Below, one piece after another: positions 26,556 through 35,599 of a stretch of 45,041 nucleotides of DNA (its first letter is position 1; each line of letters starts with the position of its first letter). Where the stretch lies: IMG/VR virus record IMGVR_UViG_3300037755_000621, positions 1 to 45,041 of that record. One strand, given 5' to 3'. The notes below the pieces were generated by a model. The model ran no database searches, had not been told where the DNA came from, and worked only from the letters and a program-made list of their open reading frames with translations. Made by a program: the position numbers and the translations under genes. Source of the stretch: a virus (Duplodnaviria; Caudoviricetes).

Positions 26556-28258
26556 CCACCCCACTCCGCATCTCGGCGACGATGTTCGTGACCTGGCGCC
26601 GCTGTCCCGCCCAAGCCCGAGCCCGACTCGACGGCCACTACCAACCCGACACCATCGACTCCTTCCGCGGTCTCCTCGCCCACCGCATATTCGCCCGCCA
26701 CCTCACCCAAGGCAGCCTCAGCCCAACCACCTTCGCCCAAACCTGTCGAGCCGAAATCGGATCCTCAAACCTCAACTGGAAGGTGAGCCAGCTCGGCCTC
26801 AAACCCGCCGAGATCCGCGAGGTGATCGCAGACGTCGCAACCCTCTACCAACGGTTCACCCAGCTCGGCCACCATCACCAGGTCTACACCGGGACCGAAC
26901 TCCACGTTGAAGCTCAACTAGAGGGTGAGGTGACCTTGATCGGGACCATCGACACCGCCACCACCTCGGGCACGCTGATCGACTGGAAAGGCTTGTCGGT
27001 TGAGACGCTCCTCCCGACGCCTGACGGGTGGACGACAATGGGAACGGTCCGGGTCGGCGACCAGCTCCTCGATGCCACCGGATTGCCCTGTCGAGTCACC
27101 GCCAAATCTGAGTTGCACGACGACCGGCCTTGCTATCGGATCACCTTCGACGACGCCACAACCATCGTCGCTGACAACGAGCATCTGTGGCAGGTCACCG
27201 CCGGGGACCGCCGACGCAACCTCACCACGGTCATGTCAACCGAGGCTCTCTACGATTCCACCTCACGCGGTGGTAGATGGTTTATCCCGAACGCCCTGCC
27301 CCTCAACCTCCCCGACGTGATCCTCCCCATTGACCCTTACGTGCTCGGCTGCTGGCTCGGTGATGGGAGCGCCCGTGACGGTGAAATCACTGGCATCGAC
27401 GACGACCTGTTCGACCTGATAGGAGCAGCCGGCTACGCGGTGGGTGCTGACACGTCCACCTCTCGCACTCCGACCCGCACGATCTACGGCCTCCGCACCG
27501 GCCTCCGCACAGAGGGACTCCTCAACAACAAGCACATACCCCACCGCTACCTGCGCGGGTCGGCACACCAGCGCCTCGCCCTGCTTCAAGGACTCATGGA
27601 CACCGATGGCACCTGGAACCGACGTCGAGGTCAGGCGGTGTTCGAGGTGACCAATGAGAGGCTCGCCCGCGGTGTCTACGAACTGGTGGTCAGTCTCGGG
27701 GCTCGGGCGAGCTTCTGGTCAGGAGTGGCCCGCGGGTTCGAGGTGACCACGACTCGCTACCGGGTGGCGTTCCGTCCCGTGGGTTTCAACCCGTTCCGTC
27801 TCAACCGCAAGGCGACCCTTGTCGTCAATGGTGGCGCCCGGTCGTCAGGTCGGACTATCAGACGCATCACAGCGGTCGGCACCGTGCCGACACAATGCGT
27901 GGCGGTTGACTCCCCCGACAGTCTCTACCTTGCCGGTGCTCAGATGATCCCCACTCACAACACCGGGGAGCTCGGAGACGCCGAAGCCCAGCTCGACTTC
28001 TACGCCCTCGTCTGGTCCCTCTCAGGTCAACAACCCGGCGCTACGGGAGTCCGCGCAGTGTCGGTGGGGACTGGGGAGGTCTACGACGCTGCGGTGACCA
28101 ACGACCGGCTTGGTGCCACCACCGCCGAGGTGGCCGCCTTGATCACCGACCTCCGCGGCGCCGACCGTGTCTACCGTCCGGGCCCGTACTGTTGGCGGTG
28201 CCCGATCGTCGAGGGCTGCGAGGCCGGGACTCGAGCGCTCACCCTATTGACCTCCTGA
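26552..28258 (+). CDS. PD-(D/E)XK nuclease (Cas4/RecB-like) interrupted by an intein
   Basis: S.T....RCP, G...H, E...G.ID...IDWK^TG, QL.FYA, C.RC....C Fe-S-like cysteines. Confidence 0.88.
   Translation: MTTPLRISATMFVTWRRCPAQARARLDGHYQPDTIDSFRGLLAHRIFARHLTQGSLSPTTFAQTCRAEIGSSNLNWKVSQLGLKPAEIREVIADVATLYQRFTQLGHHHQVYTGTELHVEAQLEGEVTLIGTIDTATTSGTLIDWKGLSVETLLPTPDGWTTMGTVRVGDQLLDATGLPCRVTAKSELHDDRPCYRITFDDATTIVADNEHLWQVTAGDRRRNLTTVMSTEALYDSTSRGGRWFIPNALPLNLPDVILPIDPYVLGCWLGDGSARDGEITGIDDDLFDLIGAAGYAVGADTSTSRTPTRTIYGLRTGLRTEGLLNNKHIPHRYLRGSAHQRLALLQGLMDTDGTWNRRRGQAVFEVTNERLARGVYELVVSLGARASFWSGVARGFEVTTTRYRVAFRPVGFNPFRLNRKATLVVNGGARSSGRTIRRITAVGTVPTQCVAVDSPDSLYLAGAQMIPTHNTGELGDAEAQLDFYALVWSLSGQQPGATGVRAVSVGTGEVYDAAVTNDRLGATTAEVAALITDLRGADRVYRPGPYCWRCPIVEGCEAGTRALTLLTS
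26990..27961 (+). mobile_element. 324-aa class 3-type intein with LAGLIDADG homing endonuclease
   Basis: GLSVETLLPTPDGWTTMG..VGD (A), ADNEHLW (B), YVLGCWLGDG and LLQGLMDTDG, TQCVAVD (F), IPTHN/T (G). Confidence 0.93.
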
Positions 28259-28592
28259 ACCCACCCCGATACTCTCACCCCTAGCAATCCTCCCAAGATT
28301 GCCCCCAGCGACTCGGGGCCGGCCAGCGCCTAACCCGCAACCGTCCGCCCCGAGATGAGAGCCCGCCCACCTGGTACCTCCGGGCATGGTGGGCTCTCCC
28401 GCGTCACCCCCACCCACAACCCGCCGCCCCTCCACGGCACCCGCCACTAATAGGCGCTGTTAACCCACCACATCTAGTTTCCAGATATGGTTCACACTTG
28501 TACGGTTAACTCGTCTGCTTATCAGTCGTATACGAGCGGGTAGGCGCGGGTTTTCTTCTTATGGTGCATCGGTAAATAGGGTCTTTTGGGTC

Positions 28593-28622
28593 TTGACTTG
28601 TGAGGGTAAGCGGGCCGATAAT
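28593..28622 (+). promoter_or_regulatory. Probable early promoter
   Basis: TTGACT(28593-28598)-18 nt-GATAAT(28617-28622) in a locally AT-rich gap. Confidence 0.7.
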
Positions 28623-28685
28623 GGGCGGGTACGGGTTAGGCGCATCGGCTCGAGCGCACAATCGGGCCAGTAAAGGGGACGCAAC

Positions 28686-28790
28686 ATGTTGCGAACCATT
28701 CCAAGCATGGCAGGGCTGGCGGTGCTGGTCTTTGTCGTGTTCTACGTGCTCCCGGTCTTGGGGGCGTTGGTGGACGGGGTGACGCTATGA
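28686..28790 (+). CDS. 34-aa transmembrane peptide (not in ORF track)
   Basis: SD AAAGGGGA; MLRTIPSMAGLAVLVFVVFYVLPVLGALVDGVTL; ATGA overlap. Confidence 0.65.
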   Translation: MLRTIPSMAGLAVLVFVVFYVLPVLGALVDGVTL

Positions 28791-29161
28791 GCGATCTGAA
28801 CGCCTATGAGCTGGCATTGCTCAACTCCGAGATCGCCAGCCCGGACGCTCTGGACTCACCGGGGGCTCTGTTCCTGTTGGGCATCCAGTCCGCGGTAGAC
28901 GACTACCGACGCTACGCAGACGATCCAGGCCAGCAGATCGATGACATCGGGGACATGGCCCACGAGATCGCAGACGGAGCGGTGCCGATCTACACCCACG
29001 AACGCTGGCAGGTGTTCGTGGAGCTCGCCGCCTACCAGGTGGACGTTGCTGAGATATCGGCGGACTCCGACGATCTGACCGCCCTCGCCGGCAACGCCCT
29101 CTACTTGGTAGCCCGCGATATTGCCGCGGCGTTGCTCACAGAGGATGGGGAGGAGGAATGA
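28787..29161 (+). CDS. Ocr-like acidic anti-restriction (DNA mimic) protein
   Basis: 124 aa, very acidic; AHEIADGAVPIY resembles T7 gp0.3 IHMAADNAVPHY; near the start of the early operon. Confidence 0.75.
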   Translation: MSDLNAYELALLNSEIASPDALDSPGALFLLGIQSAVDDYRRYADDPGQQIDDIGDMAHEIADGAVPIYTHERWQVFVELAAYQVDVAEISADSDDLTALAGNALYLVARDIAAALLTEDGEEE

Positions 29162-29418
29162 GCGGGCTCTATCGGGTGTCAGGAGTGGTCACGGCGGCCG
29201 ATGGGACGTTTTACTGGCCGTTGTTCGTCGGGGACTATCCGCGGGCGTCTGCGGTGTTCTCGGCTGTCTGTGAGGGCGCCCGGGACCGTGGGGACGGTTG
29301 GGAGGTTCGGATTGTTCCGATGGATGGCACCTCGGGCGGGTCGTCTTGGTCGGGGCCGGTGCGTGACCTCGAGCGGGCACCGTTTGAGGTGGTTGGACTA
29401 ATGGAGGTGACGTTGTGA
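29158..29418 (+). CDS. Early hypothetical protein
   Basis: ATGA overlap, SD GGAGG. Confidence 0.7.
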   Translation: MSGLYRVSGVVTAADGTFYWPLFVGDYPRASAVFSAVCEGARDRGDGWEVRIVPMDGTSGGSSWSGPVRDLERAPFEVVGLMEVTL

Positions 29419-29867
29419 GTGCTCTGACTGACCTGGGCTCGGTCTTGGTTGAGACTGGGGAACTCCGCCCGTATCCGTTGGACAACCTGCGGGAACGGGG
29501 CCACTGGGTGGCTCGGGTTGACGGTCCGTCGGAGCAGTACGGGGTGGAACGGGCGTTCATCGACGGGGCGACCAGAGGCCGGTCACGGTATTGGGGGCCG
29601 GTGTCACTGGGGGCGCCATCGTGGATCCTGAGGGCGTCGGTGGGCTACTGCGACCATTGCGGCGCTCCGTCTCCGGTGGTTGAGCTGGTCGCGGCTACTG
29701 GGCTCGGGTGGGCTGTGATGGCGGGGTCGTGGGGTAAGGGCTCGAGCGGTGACCTGCTCCGACTGTGGGAGTCGGGGCCTCCTGGGGACGACCCGGCGGG
29801 CCAGGTGGCGGCGGTGTTGGATCAACGGGGGACGGTCTACGCGGCCGACCTCGAGGTGCCGTTCTAA
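29415..29867 (+). CDS. Early hypothetical protein (CxxC)
   Basis: SD GGAGG, GTGA overlap; WVARV.G....YG.ER.F motif. Confidence 0.7.
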   Translation: MSALTDLGSVLVETGELRPYPLDNLRERGHWVARVDGPSEQYGVERAFIDGATRGRSRYWGPVSLGAPSWILRASVGYCDHCGAPSPVVELVAATGLGWAVMAGSWGKGSSGDLLRLWESGPPGDDPAGQVAAVLDQRGTVYAADLEVPF

Positions 29868-30043
29868 TGGCTGTCGACCCTATCGGCGACGCGGTGGAGG
29901 AGCTGATGGTGGTGTGGGACGTGCTCCAGGCGGGCGGCGAGCTGTGGGTGCGGGGGATTGATGCCGAACGAGACGCGCAAGCGGCGGACGTGGTCTACGT
30001 GGCGGGTCTGGTAGTGCGAGCATGGCGGGAGGTGTACCGATGA
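29867..30043 (+). CDS. Early hypothetical protein
   Basis: TAATG coupling, 58 aa. Confidence 0.65.
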   Translation: MAVDPIGDAVEELMVVWDVLQAGGELWVRGIDAERDAQAADVVYVAGLVVRAWREVYR

Positions 30044-30294
30044 CGGCGTGTCAATGGTGCTCGGAGAGGCCGTGTGTGTGTCCATCGGCGCCGTGCTCGG
30101 ACTGTGGGCGGCTTACCCTACTCGGAGCGGGTGAGTCCGGCGCCGTGGTGACGGTGTGCGCGGGTTGTCAGTGTGAGCGGTGGGTGCTCGAGGGGTGGCG
30201 GGCTAGGGGCTATGTTCCCTGCAATTGTCACCCGGAGTGCAACGGGGTGATGCCGGCGAGGCAGTTGGTCGATACTCGGGAGGTGAGCGTATAG
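30040..30294 (+). CDS. Cys-rich early protein
   Basis: SD GGAGG; 12 Cys in 84 aa. Confidence 0.65.
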   Translation: MTACQWCSERPCVCPSAPCSDCGRLTLLGAGESGAVVTVCAGCQCERWVLEGWRARGYVPCNCHPECNGVMPARQLVDTREVSV

Positions 30295-30975
30295 CCTGAG
30301 CTCTTGGAGACGGCTGCCGACCAGGGCCCCTACCTGCGGATGGGTGGGGGCTCTGTCGCGTCCGGGTGTCGGCGCCCGGCGGGCCGGGTTCGAGCGGGTG
30401 CGGTTTCGGAGTCTTGGTGCTCAGGGGTGGCCGGTCATCCGTCATGTACCTACCCGCGAGGGAGGGCGAGCTGAGCCGGTACCAGCGGCAGGTACCAGGG
30501 GGGAGAGGGGAGGGTCTCCCCGGGTGAGAGGACCCGGGATCAGGAGGGGGAGGGGGATGTCTAGTCCTTTGGCGACCCCAGGGTGGTAAGGGTGCGGTGT
30601 ACATCCGTAAGAGACATCCCAGCGGGCCAAATTGCGCCGATATGGGTCCGTTTTGCCCTTTTCGACCGTCACATTCCTCGTAGTGGGGTCCACTGTGGCA
30701 CAGCGCGACACACCGTCTATAGGTCCTGGTAGAGAGGCTGTGATCGGTCGTAACGCGTGTGACCGTTCTGAGAACTTGTGGTGTGACGGTTAGTGCGTGA
30801 GGGGAGGGGAGAACCGTACCTCCCGCACTCTACTACATACTGTCAAACTCAGTCAAGGCTGTGGACGCTACGTTGGGTCCTTGCGGACCACTTCGCGTCA
30901 CAGCCTCTGCGTACCCGTCGATCTGCTCGCCACGCGAGGAAGAAGAAGAGCGGACGGGTTCGAGGTTCGTGACGA

Positions 30976-31239
30976 TCAGAGCACAGCACTGGGCGGGCGT
31001 TCGTCGAGGACTCGGATGACCAGGCTTTGGGGGGCGGTGGTCCGGTCGAGGTGGGAGTGGAGGGTGAGTCCTCGGCGGCGGGCGGCGATGTTGACCGCTT
31101 GGCGGAGGGAGTAGATGTTGGCGAGGTTGGGGTAGTCGGCGAGGGTGAGCCGGTAGGTGCGGCCGTCGAGGAGAGCCTCGTACTTGGTTTCGCCTCGGGC
31201 GGTTCTGGTGGGGAACTCGTAGTCGTCGAGGACTTCCAT
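30976..31239 (-). CDS. Hypothetical protein, only convincing minus-strand gene (possible DNA-binding protein)
   Basis: SD TAAGGAG; TACGCT -10-like at 31277-31272; 87 aa. Confidence 0.75.
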   Translation of the reverse strand: MEVLDDYEFPTRTARGETKYEALLDGRTYRLTLADYPNLANIYSLRQAVNIAARRRGLTLHSHLDRTTAPQSLVIRVLDERPPSAVL

Positions 31240-31325
31240 GACATCTCCTTACATAGCGGGACGGTGTGATCAGCGTAGCAGCGTTTCCCGTGGAGCATCG
31301 TGAAAGACGGGTACCCTTTCGTCCG

Positions 31326-31505
31326 ATGCGATGCTCGAGGTGTGAGTCCGAGGATGCCCGTCCGGGGGACGTGTGGGGGAAGGCGTGCCGTGCTGAGTAC
31401 ATGCGGGCATGGCGGGCGTCTCAGCGGGTGAAGTTGTTGGAGTTGCGGAGGAGGGGCGAGTCGGTGCGGCTGCGGGAGATCCTGATGCCGGCGGAGCGGC
31501 GATGA
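31326..31505 (+). CDS. Small basic zinc-binding-like protein upstream of terminase
   Basis: TACCCT 8 nt upstream; CSRC...CRAEYMRAWR; ATGA overlap with terminase. Confidence 0.6.
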   Translation: MRCSRCESEDARPGDVWGKACRAEYMRAWRASQRVKLLELRRRGESVRLREILMPAERR

Positions 31506-33679
31506 GTGGGGGCTCGACGATCGAGGTCCGTGAGGGGCGGGCGGCGGTGGAGTCGGTCCTCAACGCGGTGATCGCTCATGCGACCGCTCATGGCGGGCGG
31601 CCTCCTCAAGACCGGACGATGCAGGCGTTGCGGGTGGTCTTGGTCATGTTGGCCAAGGGGATGTCGGTTGACGACGCTGCGTCGGCGGCGGGGGCGAACA
31701 AGGGCTCGGTGCTGCGTTGGCGCTCGGCCTACCCGGCGTTCGGGGTGGAGGTGGCCCGCCTCGTCGAGTTGAACCAGCGGGACCGGTCCGCGGAGCGGGC
31801 GGCGCTCCGCCAGGACAAACTCGAATCTGAGGGGCTGGTCCTCCGCCACGGGGCCGAGGTCCCCCCACCCCCCGGTTTGGCGGAGTGGCGGTGGCGGTAT
31901 TTCGGGAGGCCCACCCCCCTCTACCAGGAGACCGCGGTGTTGGCCCTCGAGGATTTGACCAACCTTTACGTGTTCATCCTGGGCCCGACGGGGATGGGCA
32001 AGGACACCCTCGCGGGGGACTACGCGTCGTGGCGGCTGTGCCCGGACCGGACCGGGAGGCGGTGCGCTTGGATCATGAAGGTGGGGGAGAAGGGCGAACG
32101 CCGCCTGGGGCGGTTGGCCCGGTACATGACCGACCCCGCCGCGATCCGTGAACCTCCTGAGCGGACCCCGGGCGGCCAGCAACCCTCCCATTCGCTGATC
32201 GCCGATTACGGGCCGTTCAAGTGGGCGCCGGGGATGGTGTGGGAGGACGGGGCGGAGGCGTACCGGCCGAAGTGGAAAGCCAACGCCCTCTACTTCGTCC
32301 AGTCGGTCACCCCTGAGGCGGACCCCAACTGGCAGGCGGTCGGGTTGGAGGGGGCGTTGCAGGGCGACCGGATCGACGAGGCGGTCTGCTCGGACATTTT
32401 CGACGTGGAGAACCAAAAGAGCCCCACCGAGCGAGGCAACCAGATGAAATGGGTCGACGGGATCCTCCACTCCCGCCTCGACACCTACGGGCGGCTGGTG
32501 TTCTTGGCGAACATGCTGCCGGTGGAGAACAACATCGAAGTGATCCTGGACCGCTACCTCGAGGACGCCGAAGTCCTCTCACAAACCACGATCGGGCCCG
32601 GCACCTACACCAAGTACAACAACGGGGTGGCCGTGGTCGTGATCAAGGCGGTCTACGTCGACCCCGACACTGGGGAGGAGCTCTCCTACGCCCCCGACCG
32701 GTTCCCGCTGGAAGGCCATTTGGTGTCCCCCGACGAGACCGAGGTGCGGGTCCTGACTGACATGGCCCCCGACGATCAGCTCGCACTCGGGCAGGCGGGG
32801 TGGAAGCGGGGTCGAGGGCTGTATGAGACCCGGGCCAAAAGCCCGATCACGTTCAAGGCGATGTACCAGCAGGAACGCGACCCCGACGTGTCGATCATCG
32901 ACTTCACCGCCCAGGTGTTCGCCGCCGCCCACGACCATCAGCGGTCGTTCGGTCAGGTCATGCCCACCGAGATCCGTGTCCTCGGGATCGATCCCGCCCG
33001 GACTTATGGCGCGGCCTGGGTGCTGCTCTGCGTGGATCGGAACGAGGGCAAGATCACGATTGCGGACTTTTGGTGGGGGGAGAAACTGGGGTACACGGGG
33101 ATCAAGGACAAACTGGTGCTCGCCCCCCTTGGCCGGTTCTCGCCGAGCTGGTTGTGTTGGGAGGACAACCGGGACGGGTCGGTGCTCGCCGAAGCCGACA
33201 TTCAGATGGTGTTGCGCCGTTCGGGGGTGGGGTTGTTCCGTCATACCACCGGGTTGGACCGGGCAAGCGCGGAGCAGGGGCCGGGAGCGCTGGCGTCATG
33301 GATGCTGTCGGGGAAACTGCGGATTCCCTACTCCACCAAGGAGGACCAGTGGCGGGCGTCCGAGCTCGAATCGCATATGAAAGCGTGGGACGCTTCCCCT
33401 GAGCGGTCCAAGCCGGGACGTCCCGGCCACCACCCCGACGACTTGATGATGGCCACCTGGATTCCGTGGTTGAAGGCGCGGACGATGATCGAAGGCCCGG
33501 TTCGTGGGTCGGGGTTGACGGTGGGGGTGCCGAAGGCGTTGCGGGCGCAGTACGACCTTCGCCGTCAGAACCGGATGGAGCGGGCGGTGGAGGGCAAGGG
33601 TGGGAAGCGGAGCCCTCGGGCGGGATTGCATCGGGGCGATCCGTTGGACCTACTGCGTCAGATGGGCGAGGGTGAGTAG
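31502..33679 (+). CDS. terL: Terminase large subunit with N-terminal HTH extension
   Basis: Walker A GPTGMGKDT, G.RID...SDI.D, YQQE, nuclease VLGIDPA and DDLMMA.W; precedes portal. Confidence 0.9.
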   Translation: MSGGSTIEVREGRAAVESVLNAVIAHATAHGGRPPQDRTMQALRVVLVMLAKGMSVDDAASAAGANKGSVLRWRSAYPAFGVEVARLVELNQRDRSAERAALRQDKLESEGLVLRHGAEVPPPPGLAEWRWRYFGRPTPLYQETAVLALEDLTNLYVFILGPTGMGKDTLAGDYASWRLCPDRTGRRCAWIMKVGEKGERRLGRLARYMTDPAAIREPPERTPGGQQPSHSLIADYGPFKWAPGMVWEDGAEAYRPKWKANALYFVQSVTPEADPNWQAVGLEGALQGDRIDEAVCSDIFDVENQKSPTERGNQMKWVDGILHSRLDTYGRLVFLANMLPVENNIEVILDRYLEDAEVLSQTTIGPGTYTKYNNGVAVVVIKAVYVDPDTGEELSYAPDRFPLEGHLVSPDETEVRVLTDMAPDDQLALGQAGWKRGRGLYETRAKSPITFKAMYQQERDPDVSIIDFTAQVFAAAHDHQRSFGQVMPTEIRVLGIDPARTYGAAWVLLCVDRNEGKITIADFWWGEKLGYTGIKDKLVLAPLGRFSPSWLCWEDNRDGSVLAEADIQMVLRRSGVGLFRHTTGLDRASAEQGPGALASWMLSGKLRIPYSTKEDQWRASELESHMKAWDASPERSKPGRPGHHPDDLMMATWIPWLKARTMIEGPVRGSGLTVGVPKALRAQYDLRRQNRMERAVEGKGGKRSPRAGLHRGDPLDLLRQMGEGE

Positions 33680-33691
33680 TCTGGCGACGCG

Positions 33692-35599
33692 GTGATCACC
33701 GAACTCGACCTCCGATACCTCCGTCAGCAAGCGATCGAAGCCCACCAGGTGTGGAAGTCAGAGCTGTTGATGTGCGATGCGGTCGCTCGGGGGGATTGGG
33801 AGGTGATGTGGCCCGACGGTTCGGTCGACTCATCGAGTCCCCTCGTCGAGAACTTGTACAGCCAGACTCTCAAGGACAAGACTCTGACCGCTGGGGCGGT
33901 CCCGTTGAGCCTGTTCACCCCTCCCACTCGGGGAACCCGCAAGGATGAGGGGGAGAAGAACGCTTCCAAACGCAAGCGGGTCGGGCTGTCGTACTGGGAG
34001 CGGTCCAACCTCCGCAAGATGCGCCAGCGGCTGTACCGGGACTGGCTCCATGCCGGGGTGATGTGCGCGAATCCGTGGGCTACCGGGTTCGCCGGCCCCA
34101 ACCCCCGCCCGTCGGCGTCGCGCTTCGCCTACTTCGAGGTGACCAACCCCCGCCACCTCTACCCCCTGGGTTGGGACAGCCGGGGCCGTCTGGTGGCGGG
34201 GTTGATCATCCGGCAACGTCGGGTCGCCGACCTCGAAGCGGACTGGGGCCGTGGCCACCCCGCCATCGTCTCCGCTCGGATCCGCCACGCTTCCGCCCGC
34301 TCGGGGAAACTGGTCTGGCTCGAGGAGATCTGGTACATGGACGAGGACCATTGGGCGGTCGCCCTCGGCGATTCGGGCCTCCCGTTGGAGCATCAGGGGG
34401 TGCAGTTCGGGCCGGCAGACGGGTTCGGGTCGGTGATCGTGGAGTGGATCGTCGAACCCCACAAACACAAGCTGGGGTCGTGCCCGATCAAAGCCTCCGC
34501 CCGGGTCACCTACAACGACTCTCCCCGTGGGGCGCTCATGGACATCATCCCCGCGTTGCGGATCGCTCAGAACTTCATGGCCCGCACCCTCGACGACCTC
34601 AACGCCTCGGTATACGCACCCGTGGTGTTGGACAACATCGAGAACCCTGAGGAGTACGGGCTGGGCGCGGTGCTGGTCGGCAACGGGTTGGGCAAGGCGT
34701 TCATCGACCGGGACCGTCCCCCGGTCAACTTCGAGGCGCAACAGACCGTGGAGCGGATCATGGACGGTGCCCGCCGTGACGCTTTCGAGCCCGCCCAACG
34801 GTCCGGCGAGGCGGGGGCCTCCATCGTGTCGGACAAAGGGGTGAAGGGGCTGATGGGCACCTTCAACGCCGAGCTGGCCGCGGCGCAGGGCGACGCTGAG
34901 ATGGTGGTCGCCGACGTCACCTCGATCACCGCGGGGTTCGACCAGATCTGGTGTGCGGGGGAGAAGGAGATCAACGTGGTCGACCCGATCGCCGAGTCGA
35001 TGAGCGAGGAGTCCTACGACCCGGTCCAGTTGTTCAAGATGGACTGGCGGTACGCCTGCTCCTACGGTGACCGGACCGGTCTCGACGAGCAGCAGCACCT
35101 CACCCGCCTCGCCCTCGCCCGCAACCTCGAAGGGATCAGCCGTCGGACGTTCATGGAGCGTTCGGGGATGACTCAGGATGCTCTCGCTGAGGAGACTGAG
35201 ATGGGGATTGAGAAGCTGATCGCATTGTTCACCGATCAGATCCTCCCCCAAACCGTGATGTCAGGAGACACGACCGCTCTGGTGCAGTTCATCGACCTCA
35301 TCGACTCGGACAACAACACGATGCGCGAGGCGGTGTATGAGACGATCCGCAAAGCTCAGGTGCCGCCCGCGCCCGAAGCCGGCCAGGGTGGACCGATGAG
35401 TCCTGGTGGCCGTGCGGACATCATGAAAATGGTGAGAAGTCTCGGTGCGGGTGGGATTCCTGGTCAGGCGGAGGGGATGCCTCCGACGATGATGCCGGGT
35501 GGTGGCCCTCCGGGTGGTGGCCCTCCGGGGATGCCACAGCTGCCGGGACCTGCGAGACGGTTGGCCGCGGCGGGAGCCCCAGGAGGGACCGCAACGTGA
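33692..35599 (+). CDS. Portal protein
   Basis: 635 aa directly after terminase; Pro/Gly/Met-rich tail typical of podovirus portals. Confidence 0.8.
   Translation: MITELDLRYLRQQAIEAHQVWKSELLMCDAVARGDWEVMWPDGSVDSSSPLVENLYSQTLKDKTLTAGAVPLSLFTPPTRGTRKDEGEKNASKRKRVGLSYWERSNLRKMRQRLYRDWLHAGVMCANPWATGFAGPNPRPSASRFAYFEVTNPRHLYPLGWDSRGRLVAGLIIRQRRVADLEADWGRGHPAIVSARIRHASARSGKLVWLEEIWYMDEDHWAVALGDSGLPLEHQGVQFGPADGFGSVIVEWIVEPHKHKLGSCPIKASARVTYNDSPRGALMDIIPALRIAQNFMARTLDDLNASVYAPVVLDNIENPEEYGLGAVLVGNGLGKAFIDRDRPPVNFEAQQTVERIMDGARRDAFEPAQRSGEAGASIVSDKGVKGLMGTFNAELAAAQGDAEMVVADVTSITAGFDQIWCAGEKEINVVDPIAESMSEESYDPVQLFKMDWRYACSYGDRTGLDEQQHLTRLALARNLEGISRRTFMERSGMTQDALAEETEMGIEKLIALFTDQILPQTVMSGDTTALVQFIDLIDSDNNTMREAVYETIRKAQVPPAPEAGQGGPMSPGGRADIMKMVRSLGAGGIPGQAEGMPPTMMPGGGPPGGGPPGMPQLPGPARRLAAAGAPGGTAT

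Noticed and set aside
26552-28258. Cas4-like gene as part of a CRISPR-Cas system
   Set aside because: It is a solo phage PD-(D/E)XK nuclease with no array or other cas genes.
35497-35530. GGTGGCCCTCCGGG short direct repeat
   Set aside because: Explained by the GGPPG low-complexity tail of the portal protein.
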